A DNA stretch of 64,000 nucleotides from Burkholderiales bacterium (GTDB taxonomy: Bacteria > Pseudomonadota > Gammaproteobacteria > Burkholderiales > SG8-39): the NCBI GenBank assembly GCA_035554435.1, contig DATMJC010000086.1:6113-70112 (forward strand), given 5' to 3'. The notes below the pieces were generated by a model that was not told where the DNA came from, did not search any database, and saw only the letters and a program-made list of their open reading frames with translations. Positions 8,802-16,957 of this stretch are shown piece by piece; within the stretch, counting starts at the first letter, position 1; each line of letters starts with the position of its first letter. A program made the position numbers and the translations under genes.

Positions 8802-10088
8802 CTACTGTTGCCGCTTTGTACGCGCGCCTCGCACCACGCCGCTGCATTCCCCGAAACCAAGCGACGCCACACCCTGTCTTTCGCAGCGGCCGCGCATGGT
8901 GACTTCGTCGCCGTCCTCGAGGAAGACCCGGGTTTCCCCGCTTGGGAGCCGCAAGGGCGCCTTGCCGCCCTGCGTGAGCTCCATGAGCGACCCGGCCCGC
9001 TCCGGCAAGGCACCAGACAATGTTCCCGACCCCAGAAGGTCGCCCGGCTGCAGGTTGCAGCCGTTCGAGCTGTGGTGCGCCAGCATCTGCGCCGCGGTCC
9101 AGTACGCATCGCGCGCGTTTCCGCGTGAGAGACGTAGCGGCGGCACCTTCGCTTTTCGCATCCCCTCGCTGCTCAGGTACATCTCGAGGTCGATCTCGAG
9201 CCCGCCCTTCTCCTGATCGTTTGTTTCAAACAAATACGGCAACGGCTTCGGATCTCCGGACGGCCGCTCGAACGCGGCGCAGCGGAAAGGCTCGAGCGCC
9301 TCGAGGGTCACGATCCACGGCGAGATCGTGGTGGCGAAGCTCTTCGAGAGGAACGGTCCCAGCGGCTGGTACTCCCAGGCCTGCACGTCGCGCGCCGACC
9401 AGTCGTTCAGCAGCACCACGCCGAACAAATGGTCTTTGGCTCTATCAATATCGATCCTCTCGCCCAGGCGATTCCCGGGGCCAACCACAAAGCCGAGCTC
9501 CACCTCGTAATCGAGGCGCTTCGTGGGTCCGAACACCGGCGCTTCGCTGTCGGGCGGCTTCACCTGTCCCATCGGCCGCACCACCGGCGCCCCCGAGACC
9601 ACGACCGACGAGGCGCGGCCGTGATAGCCGATCGGCACCCATTTGTAGTTCGGCAGCAGCGGGTTGTCCGGGCGAAAGAGCTTCCCGATCGTGGTCGCGT
9701 GGTAGATGCCGGTATAGAAGTCGGTGTAGTCGCCGATCGCCATCGGCACGAAGAGCTCGGCGCGCTTCATCGGCACCACGTGCCTTGAATAACCCTTCTT
9801 GAAACCACCGACAGAGAGCGCTTTCGAGATCTGCTTCCGCAGCCTGCGCCAAGCCGAAGGACCGGCCGCGGCGATTTCGTTCAGCGTCGGCCCGGTCTCG
9901 ATCCCGAGCGCGGCGAGGTCCAAGACCTGGTCGCCGATCGCCACCCCGCCGCGCGGGTTCTCCTTCGTGCCCTTGCGCCGGAAAACGCCGAACGGCAGGT
10001 TCTGGATCGGGAAGTCGCTCGCCGGGTCGTTCGCCGACTCGACCCAGCTCTTCAGCTCCGGATCATGCGTTGCGTCGAGGCCCCCCAT
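8802..10088 (-). CDS. fahA: fumarylacetoacetase
   Basis: 428-aa ORF with the N-terminal FAA-hydrolase domain (SWVESANDPASDFPIQNLPFGVF) and a C-terminal FAH fold. Confidence 0.9.
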   Translation of the reverse strand: MGGLDATHDPELKSWVESANDPASDFPIQNLPFGVFRRKGTKENPRGGVAIGDQVLDLAALGIETGPTLNEIAAAGPSAWRRLRKQISKALSVGGFKKGYSRHVVPMKRAELFVPMAIGDYTDFYTGIYHATTIGKLFRPDNPLLPNYKWVPIGYHGRASSVVVSGAPVVRPMGQVKPPDSEAPVFGPTKRLDYEVELGFVVGPGNRLGERIDIDRAKDHLFGVVLLNDWSARDVQAWEYQPLGPFLSKSFATTISPWIVTLEALEPFRCAAFERPSGDPKPLPYLFETNDQEKGGLEIDLEMYLSSEGMRKAKVPPLRLSRGNARDAYWTAAQMLAHHSSNGCNLQPGDLLGSGTLSGALPERAGSLMELTQGGKAPLRLPSGETRVFLEDGDEVTMRGRCERQGVASLGFGECSGVVRGARTKRQQ

Positions 10089-10111
10089 CGCGGGAGGCTA
10101 CAAGCTGGACT

Positions 10112-10300
10112 TCACTTCGGGAGAGTGCCCCTAGCGATGTCGGTCCGCGGATGCTCCAGATGCCACGTCTCGCCCGAGCGCGGGCGACGATCGAGATCCT
10201 CGGCTTCTTTGCGTTCCACGTCGGCCATCCGAAAGCGAGTCGGGCACGGCAGTCCGAATTGGTCGGTCTGCTGCCATCTCCAGAATCTGATCTTCGCCAC
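10112..10300 (-). CDS. hypothetical small protein (62 aa) upstream of fahA
   Basis: A GTG at 10300 is preceded by GGGAGG with a 6-nt spacer. The ORF lies in frame within ORF 10112..10522 and ends 23 nt before the fahA start. Third codon positions are moderately G/C-rich. I recognised no family. Confidence 0.4.
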   Translation of the reverse strand: MAKIRFWRWQQTDQFGLPCPTRFRMADVERKEAEDLDRRPRSGETWHLEHPRTDIARGTLPK

Positions 10301-10388
10301 TTTGGACCTCCCGTTTGGCGGGAGCAGCAGGCTACTACAAACCGAGTGCGGTGGATAGTGAACGACGTCGCTACTTTGCGACATCGGA

Positions 10389-10961
10389 GTGGCCTGCGGC
10401 GGTATGCTTCGTGAAAAATCCATGTCAGTCCTGTTGCGCGTGGAGGGGATTCTGATCGCGGGGGTGCGCGTCATCGTCGGCGCGGCGATCTTCGTGTCCA
10501 TCGGCATCAACTTCGCCAACATCGCCGGCCGCTACCTCTTCAGCGAGCCGATCCTCTGGGCGGAGGAGATCCTCAACTACCTGATGGTCTGGTCGGTGTT
10601 CCTCGGCGCGGTGCTCGTGACCTGGGAGGGGCGGCACATCAAAATGGACCTGCTCTCGGTGAGGATCCCGTCGCCGGCGAAGGAGATCCTGAATGCGATC
10701 ACCGTCGCGGTGTTCGCGGCGGTGTGCGTATTCATGATTTTCCAGTCCTGGACCGTCGTCAGCATGGCCAGGCAGATCGATCAGCGCAGCGTCGCCGCCG
10801 AGATCCCGATGGCATTCGCCCATGTGGCGGTGCTGCTCGGCTTCGCCGGCATGCTGGTCGCGGTGCTCCTGCGCCTGCGCCACTACGTGCGCAACGTCTT
10901 CGGCAGCGAGACCGAAGCCGCCCAGAAGCAGGTCACCGAGACCTTCGGTACCTTCGAATAG
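10389..10961 (+). CDS. TRAP transporter small permease (DctQ family)
   Basis: The protein is hydrophobic with four predicted TM segments and sits immediately before the large TRAP permease. The start is uncertain: GTG 10389, ATG 10404 or ATG 10422. Confidence 0.8.
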   Translation: MACGGMLREKSMSVLLRVEGILIAGVRVIVGAAIFVSIGINFANIAGRYLFSEPILWAEEILNYLMVWSVFLGAVLVTWEGRHIKMDLLSVRIPSPAKEILNAITVAVFAAVCVFMIFQSWTVVSMARQIDQRSVAAEIPMAFAHVAVLLGFAGMLVAVLLRLRHYVRNVFGSETEAAQKQVTETFGTFE

Positions 10962-10964
10962 CCG

Positions 10965-12233
10965 ATGACCTGGTTCGTCCTGCTCGTCCCGCTCACGCTG
11001 CTCCTGCTCGGTTTCCCGATCTTCGTCATCCTGATCGCATCGTCGGCGTGCCTCTTGATGTTCTTCATGAACGTGCCGTTCGCCGTCGCGCATCAGACCC
11101 TCTTCGGGGCGATCGACAAGTTCTCGCTCCTGGCGGTGCCGTTCTTCCTCTTTGCCGGCGAGATCATGGGCGTCGGCGGCATGTCGAAGCGCATCCTCGA
11201 CTGGTGCATGTCGATCATCGGCCGCGTGCGCGGCGCGCAGGGTCTCACCACCATCGGAGCATCGACCGTGTTCGGCGCGATCTCGGGTTCCGCGCCCGCC
11301 ACCGTGGCGGCGATCGGCCGCTTCACCTACCCGGGGCTGCGCGAGAAATACGGCCGGCGTTTTGCCACCGGCATCATCTCGGCGACGGGCGCGATCGACA
11401 TCATGATCCCGCCGTCGATCTCGATGATCCTGTACGGCGCGGCGGCCGAGCAGTCGGTGGCGCGCCTGTTTATCGCAGGCGTGCTGCCAGGGCTGTTGCT
11501 CGCGCTGCTGAACGGCTTCTACGTCTTGTGGTACGCGCAGCGGAACGGAATCCGGGACACCGAGAGCGTCGGCTGGCGCACGTTTCTCATCGCCACACGC
11601 AAAGGCGCCTGGTCGCTCGGCGGCCCGGCCGTCATCCTCGGCGGCATCTACGGCGGCGTCTTCGCGCCCACCGAGGCGGCCGGCATCGCGTGCGTCTACG
11701 GGATACTGGTGACGAAGTTCATCCACCGCGAGTTGAGCTGGCGCGAACTGTGGAACGTGGGGGTGAATTCGATGTACATCACCGCCCAGATCATGATCAT
11801 CGTCGCCTCGGCGGGGGTGTTCTCCTGGATCCTGACGGTGAACGGCGTGCCGCAGGCGGCGGTGGAGCTCGTGAAGGGCCTCGCCGAACATCCGTGGACG
11901 GTGCTGCTGGCGATCAACATCTTTCTTCTGATCGTCGGCTGCGTGATCGACCCCGCCTCCGCGACGCTGATCCTGACGCCGCTGCTCGTGCCGATCTGCA
12001 AGGCCTACGGCATCGACCTCATCCACTTCGGCGTCATCATCTCGCTCAACCTCGCCATCGGCATGTTCCACCCGCCGTTCGGGTTGAACATCTTCGTGGT
12101 CCAGGCGCTGACCCGGGCGCCGGTTGCCGACATCTACCTGGGCGTGATCCCGTTCGTCATGGTGGCGCTCATCGCGCTCGTCATCGTGACCTACGTTCCC
12201 TGGATCTCCCTTGCCCTGACGACGCTGCTCTAA
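10965..12233 (+). CDS. TRAP transporter large permease (DctM family)
   Basis: 422-aa polytopic membrane protein with typical DctM sequence (FAGEIMGVGGMSKRI..., GIDLIHFGVI). Confidence 0.9.
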   Translation: MTWFVLLVPLTLLLLGFPIFVILIASSACLLMFFMNVPFAVAHQTLFGAIDKFSLLAVPFFLFAGEIMGVGGMSKRILDWCMSIIGRVRGAQGLTTIGASTVFGAISGSAPATVAAIGRFTYPGLREKYGRRFATGIISATGAIDIMIPPSISMILYGAAAEQSVARLFIAGVLPGLLLALLNGFYVLWYAQRNGIRDTESVGWRTFLIATRKGAWSLGGPAVILGGIYGGVFAPTEAAGIACVYGILVTKFIHRELSWRELWNVGVNSMYITAQIMIIVASAGVFSWILTVNGVPQAAVELVKGLAEHPWTVLLAINIFLLIVGCVIDPASATLILTPLLVPICKAYGIDLIHFGVIISLNLAIGMFHPPFGLNIFVVQALTRAPVADIYLGVIPFVMVALIALVIVTYVPWISLALTTLL

Positions 12234-12814
12234 CGCAAGCCGTCCTTGCCCTGGATGTCCTTCGCTGCCAGCCCGCCGAGGCGGGCGTGCAGGCGGCCGC
12301 GCGTGGCGGCGCAGAAGATGACCGCGACCTCGCGCGGCATCGGCGCGTCGTGCAGCGTGATGCTCATCGTGTCGTAGTGCGAGCGCACGTAGAGCGCGTC
12401 CTTGTGCGCGAGCGGCACGTCGATCGTGGTGCCCGGCCCGCCGCGCTTGCCGCTCGAGGAGATCCACGCCTTGCCGCCGCCCACGGCGTCGCGCACCGGA
12501 TCGGCGAAGGCGGTAGTGAGGAGCGCGTTGCCGTGCTCGTACTCGCCCTCTGCGCCGACGATGCAGGCCTTGCCGTAGCTGGAAATTTTCTCGTTATTGG
12601 ACAAAGCAACGAGGCGCCGGCCGAACTCGCGGCCGAGCGCGGGCGATTCCTTGACCAGCAGCGAGAGATCCTCGCTGAAGCGGCCGGCGTACGGGTTCTC
12701 CAGCACGCAGACCACGGCGAGCTTGCGCGCCGGCGCTCCATCGGCCGCCTTCCCCGTCTCGTTGGCGAGGATCTCCTCGGAGAAGGTGAGCCAGCTACGG
12801 ATCTTGTAGCTCAT
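12230..12814 (-). CDS. 'amino acid synthesis' (AA_synth, formerly DUF1185) family protein
   Basis: This is the C-terminal 194 codons of ORF 12230..13645, starting at MSYKIRSW. An ATGA overlap joins it to the upstream gene. The family call is from memory of this conserved sequence of about 190 aa. Confidence 0.6.
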   Translation of the reverse strand: MSYKIRSWLTFSEEILANETGKAADGAPARKLAVVCVLENPYAGRFSEDLSLLVKESPALGREFGRRLVALSNNEKISSYGKACIVGAEGEYEHGNALLTTAFADPVRDAVGGGKAWISSSGKRGGPGTTIDVPLAHKDALYVRSHYDTMSITLHDAPMPREVAVIFCAATRGRLHARLGGLAAKDIQGKDGLR

Positions 12815-14007
12815 CAGTGTGCAACTCCGGAGAAGTCCATCGGCACGCGGCACTCGGCAACGCGAATCTTGCGGTTCGGCGCGGGGGTGTTCCGGCTGCG
12901 GCCGACGAAGCGCGGGATAGCGTCGGTGATCACCGCGCCGACGGCGGCGATGTCGCCGTTGCGCAGGGCATCGAGCGCGTTGTTCTTCGAGCCGCCGACG
13001 CAGGCGTCGAGCAGCACCACGTCGGCGTCCTTGCCTGGCTTGAGGAAGCCGCAGTTGAGGCGATACACCACGGCGTTGTTCCCGGTCGCGGCGGCGATCG
13101 CGGTCTCGACCGGCATGTCGGTGAGGCTCGCGAGGTGCGTGATGGTGTACATCATGCCGAGCGGCATGATGCCGGAGCCGGTCGGCGTGTCGGTGGCGAT
13201 GAGGAAGCGGTCGGTCTGCTTCGCATCCTTGACCAGCTTCCAGAGCCACAGCGTCGTGCGCAGGTTGCCGGCGGTGCAGACCTGAAGGTTGATCTTCGAT
13301 TCGTTGACGATGCGCGGAAAGTCCTCGTCGGGCATCGCCACCGGCCCGCCGTTCACGTGGAACGAGACGTCGGGCTGCATCCTGATGAGATGGTCGGCCC
13401 AGATCCCGGACGAGCCGGGAATCGACGAGCCGCCGGTGTGCACCATGGTCACCATGCCGTGCTTCTTCGCCCAGGCGATCATGGGGGCGTAGTCGTATGG
13501 TGTCTTGAACGCGCCGAAGCCCGCCTTGGCGAGCCACACGCCTTCCTTCGCGATGTCGGCGAAGTCCTGTTCCACGAGGCCGGGTTCCAGGATGATCGAC
13601 CCCGCATGCACGCGCATGCCGCCGGGACGGAAATTGAGGAAGCATTTCCGCGCCGCAACGGCGAGCGCCTTCACGCCCGCGGGATCCTTCGGCCGACCGG
13701 TCACGTGCACTTCGGACGCGCTGATGGCGGTGGTGGTGCCGCCGTGCGTGTAGCTCTCGAGAAAGCCGACCGTCTTTTGCCGCGGCGTCCAGTCGCCGAA
13801 GGTGTTGTGCACCTGCGAGTCGATCAGGCCAGGAATCGCCGTGGCGCCGTCGGCGTCGATCACGACGTCGAACTCCTTGAGAGAGGACGGCGCGGTGCCC
13901 ACCGCAGTGATCTTGCCCTCGGCCATCAGGATCGAATCGCCCTTCGCGTACGGCTCGCGCCAGTCACCGGTCACGATGGCGCCGAGGTTGACGATGGCAG
14001 TCTTCAT
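12814..14007 (-). CDS. amidohydrolase-superfamily protein (enamidase-like)
   Basis: Internal start at MKTAIVNLG of ORF 12814..14208, with ATGA overlaps at both ends. The fold entry motif PGLIDSQVHNTF is present, with Q where the first His of HxH is normally found. Confidence 0.75.
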   Translation of the reverse strand: MKTAIVNLGAIVTGDWREPYAKGDSILMAEGKITAVGTAPSSLKEFDVVIDADGATAIPGLIDSQVHNTFGDWTPRQKTVGFLESYTHGGTTTAISASEVHVTGRPKDPAGVKALAVAARKCFLNFRPGGMRVHAGSIILEPGLVEQDFADIAKEGVWLAKAGFGAFKTPYDYAPMIAWAKKHGMVTMVHTGGSSIPGSSGIWADHLIRMQPDVSFHVNGGPVAMPDEDFPRIVNESKINLQVCTAGNLRTTLWLWKLVKDAKQTDRFLIATDTPTGSGIMPLGMMYTITHLASLTDMPVETAIAAATGNNAVVYRLNCGFLKPGKDADVVLLDACVGGSKNNALDALRNGDIAAVGAVITDAIPRFVGRSRNTPAPNRKIRVAECRVPMDFSGVAH

Positions 14008-15152
14008 GACAGTTTCCTCGCGAGCCAGTCGGCGCAGACCTGCAGCGCCGGGAGATGGTTGTCGAATTGCGTATGCGCGGCGCCGCCATTCTCGCCGTCG
14101 AACACCACTATCTGCTTGTCGGGCGAGCCGATGGCGTCGTACATGGCGCGCGCGTCCTCCATCAGCACCTGCTGGTCCTCGGCGCCGTGCATGACGAGGA
14201 ACGGGCACCTGATGCGGCCGGCGAAGTCGGCCACGCGGAAGTCCTTCACCTTCTCCACCGCTGCTTCCATGGTGTCGGTGCCAGTGATGAACATGAGCTG
14301 GAAGCGCGGCGCGGCGATGATGCCGTTGCCCTGCATGCGCCTCACCCAGACGCGGTGGTAGTCGTAGATCGCGCCCCAGGCCACGGTAGCCTTGAGGCGC
14401 GGCTCATAGGCTGCGGCGCGCGCGACGTAGTAGCCGCCGAGGCTCGAGCCGACGATGCCGATCTTCTTCGCGTCGACGTCCTTCCGCTTCTCCAGCCAGT
14501 CGATCGCCGCTCCCACGGGCTTCTCGTAATCGGCGCGCGTAACGAGTTTCTGTAGGCGCAGCGCCTCGCCGATCCCCGGCGTGTCGATGAAGAGCGCCGA
14601 GACGCCGCGTTGCGCGAACTGCAGCCGCGCGCGCAGGAACCAGAGCTCCTTGGTGGTATCGAGGCCGCAGATGAAGATGGCCGCGGGCCGGGCGCCGGAG
14701 CCGATCCCGGGGACGAAATAGGCGGGAAGCGTGGTGCCTTCGAAAGGCACGAGCACCCGCTCGACCGGATGGTGCGATGCCTCGCGGCCGAGGTCGAAGG
14801 TGCGCAGCACCTCGTTGTACGAAGCCAGGCGCTCGGGCGACGCCGGCGGGATGAAGTGCTCGGAGATGGTGTGGTACAGCGCCGAGAGGAAGTAGTCCTC
14901 GGATGCGGTGAAGCGGGATCCCGCCTTCGCGCGTTTCTCCAGGGTATCGGCGAGGCGCGCCCATTCGCGATGCCAGGCATCGTCCTTGCCGACGTCCTTC
15001 GCGAGATTGCGCTGGATCAGCGCGAAGTCGCCGAGCTGGCCGCCCGCGGCGAAGGCGAGCAGCGTGTTGTACGACCAGCGGTAATGGCCGGGGAAGAACT
15101 CGAACATGTTGCCCGCCGAGGTGCCCTTGTCGTCCAGCGGTTTTGCGCTCAT
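14004..15152 (-). CDS. alpha/beta hydrolase (FrsA / 2,6-dihydropseudooxynicotine-hydrolase-like)
   Basis: 382-aa ORF with an N-terminal helical cap and the nucleophile elbow GSSLGG. The subfamily resemblance is my judgement. Confidence 0.7.
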   Translation of the reverse strand: MSAKPLDDKGTSAGNMFEFFPGHYRWSYNTLLAFAAGGQLGDFALIQRNLAKDVGKDDAWHREWARLADTLEKRAKAGSRFTASEDYFLSALYHTISEHFIPPASPERLASYNEVLRTFDLGREASHHPVERVLVPFEGTTLPAYFVPGIGSGARPAAIFICGLDTTKELWFLRARLQFAQRGVSALFIDTPGIGEALRLQKLVTRADYEKPVGAAIDWLEKRKDVDAKKIGIVGSSLGGYYVARAAAYEPRLKATVAWGAIYDYHRVWVRRMQGNGIIAAPRFQLMFITGTDTMEAAVEKVKDFRVADFAGRIRCPFLVMHGAEDQQVLMEDARAMYDAIGSPDKQIVVFDGENGGAAHTQFDNHLPALQVCADWLARKLS

Positions 15153-15159
15153 TGCTTTC

Positions 15160-16869
15160 CTAGTCTTTCTGCAGGATGCGGGGGAGCCATGCGGCGATCA
15201 CCGCTGGGATGCCAGCCCGGGTTTTCTCGAGCCCGCGGCGCAGCGCAGGAAGGAGTTGCGCCGCTTCGCGCACATTCTCGCCGTAAGCGCCGGCGGATTG
15301 CGCCTCGAGTGCGAAATCCATCGGCGGATCGAAATAGCCGCCGTCCAGGCCGCCCTTTACCGCATATCCGTCCGGATAGAGCGAGGCGGTGGCGCGCGTG
15401 CCGGTGCTGTAGCTGCGGTTCTGGAAGATGACCGACAGGAAAGGCGCACCGTGCTGGCGGGCGGTCCAGAGCGCCGCAGTGGGTGAGCCATACATCCAGA
15501 AGCCGTCGCCGGTCACCAGCACCACGTCGCGTTGCGCCAAGCCCATCTTCACGCCGAGCGCCGCGCCGGGCCCCCAGCCGCCTGCGCTGCCGGGGTTGCG
15601 GAAGTAGCGCGCAGCTCCGCCGAGGCGGTGCAGATAGTGGTACATCGGGTTGTGGCTGAGCGTGTCGTCCACGAGCACGCAGTTGGCATCGAGCAGCTCG
15701 CCGACGCAATGCGCGAGGTACGAAGGATCGATCGGCGACTTGTTCGCGACGGCCTGCGCGTCGGCGCGTGCCTTGTCCCTGCGCGCCTTCGACACGGCCG
15801 CCCAGCGCTCCCCGCGCTCCGGACTCTTCTTCCCGATACGCTTCACTTCGCGGAGAAGAGCGTGCAGCGCGGCTGTGGCGTTCGCGGTGACGCGCACGCT
15901 GGCCCGGAATTCGTATGTGGGAATCTTGAGCTTGGCCGGATCCTCGTCGATTACCGCGACGTACGCCTTGGGCGAAGGCGCCTTGGGGCCTGGCATCCAC
16001 GGTACTTCGGCGTCGAGCGCCACGACGACGTCCATCACGCTCAGGTCGATCGTCGCCTGGTAGAGCGGATGGTCCATGGGGAAGCAGTGATATGAGCGCG
16101 AGCTCGAGTCCACCACCGCCATGCCGAGGTGCTCGGCGAGCTCGACGAGGAGCGGCACGCTCGCCGGATCGCGGCCGGAGCCCGACACGACGAGCGCCGG
16201 ATTCGACGCGAAGGTGAGGCGCTTCGCGACTTCCTCGATCGCATCCGGATCCGGCGCGGCGGGACGGGCGATGCCGAGCTCCTGCGCGGTCGGGAACTCG
16301 CTGCGGCCAAGCGGCGCGAGCGCGACTTCGCGCGGCAGGCTGAGATACACCGGGCCGCATGGCGCCGTGCACGCCACCTGCAGCGCGCGGCTCACCGCGA
16401 GGCCGGGGTTGTCCTGCATCTCGAGGCGGTGCTCCCATTTCATGTATTGGCGCACGATGCCGTTCTGGTCGTAGAGGTCCTGCACCCAGAAATGGCCGGC
16501 ATCGCGCGCGCCGCGGCGCGTGCCCGGCATGCCGACGGGCGGCGCGCCCGCCGTGATGAGGACGGGCAGGCCGCTGCGCATCGCGCTGTGGATGGCCGAG
16601 CCGTAGTGCTGCGTGCCGACATCGACGTGGGCCGCGGTGGCTGCAGGCTTGCCGGTGGACGCGGCGTAGCCAAGGGCGGCGTTCAGCGCGGGCACCTCGT
16701 GGGTCAGGAGCACGAGGCGCGGCGCCTTGCGGCCCTGCGCGCGCGCCTTGGCGATGGCTTCCTGGTAGAAGGCGAGCTCGGACCCCGAGGTGAAGAACAG
16801 CAGCTCCACGCCGCCTGCCGTCATGGCGGCGACGACGGCTTCGCCAGCGTCCGAGGCCTCTATTTCCAC
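15160..16869 (-). CDS. thiamine-pyrophosphate-dependent enzyme (acetolactate-synthase-like)
   Basis: 569-aa ORF with three-domain ALS-like organisation and the TPP motif GDG...N (LVTGDGFWMYG...IFQNRSY). It has a GTG start and no obvious Shine-Dalgarno. Confidence 0.85.
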   Translation of the reverse strand: MEIEASDAGEAVVAAMTAGGVELLFFTSGSELAFYQEAIAKARAQGRKAPRLVLLTHEVPALNAALGYAASTGKPAATAAHVDVGTQHYGSAIHSAMRSGLPVLITAGAPPVGMPGTRRGARDAGHFWVQDLYDQNGIVRQYMKWEHRLEMQDNPGLAVSRALQVACTAPCGPVYLSLPREVALAPLGRSEFPTAQELGIARPAAPDPDAIEEVAKRLTFASNPALVVSGSGRDPASVPLLVELAEHLGMAVVDSSSRSYHCFPMDHPLYQATIDLSVMDVVVALDAEVPWMPGPKAPSPKAYVAVIDEDPAKLKIPTYEFRASVRVTANATAALHALLREVKRIGKKSPERGERWAAVSKARRDKARADAQAVANKSPIDPSYLAHCVGELLDANCVLVDDTLSHNPMYHYLHRLGGAARYFRNPGSAGGWGPGAALGVKMGLAQRDVVLVTGDGFWMYGSPTAALWTARQHGAPFLSVIFQNRSYSTGTRATASLYPDGYAVKGGLDGGYFDPPMDFALEAQSAGAYGENVREAAQLLPALRRGLEKTRAGIPAVIAAWLPRILQKD

Positions 16870-16896
16870 AGTATGATTATTTTTGTTTCCGGCCGG

Positions 16897-16910
16897 CCGT
16901 CAAATGAAAT
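16897..16910 (+). promoter_or_regulatory. CCGTCAAATGAAAT box in the TPP-operon/LysR divergent region
   Basis: Read directly. It matches the box found at 18988, 19026 (inverted), 25134 and 26530. Confidence 0.5.
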
Positions 16911-16957
16911 CGCTCGATACGGTGCATTACGTGGCCTGATCGAGCCGAGGAGGACCC

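Noticed and set aside
10351-10380. Partial palindrome around CGACGTCG with flanking GCTACT repeats in the fahA/TRAP divergent region, considered as an operator.
   Set aside because: Only the 8-nt core is symmetric and the arms do not match. It occurs once, and no regulator gene is adjacent.
10425-12467. Very long antisense or out-of-frame ORFs. Examples are 10425..12467 (-, 680 aa), 916..2367 (-), 6241..7752 (-), 47911..50154 (+, 747 aa), 52860..54311 (+) and 42186..43451 (-).
   Set aside because: Their translations are low-complexity and Arg/Ala/Gly/Pro/His/Asp-rich, with no recognisable domains. Each lies opposite or out of frame to a gene with a clear family signature. These are the shadow ORFs expected in GC-rich DNA, where stop codons are rare.
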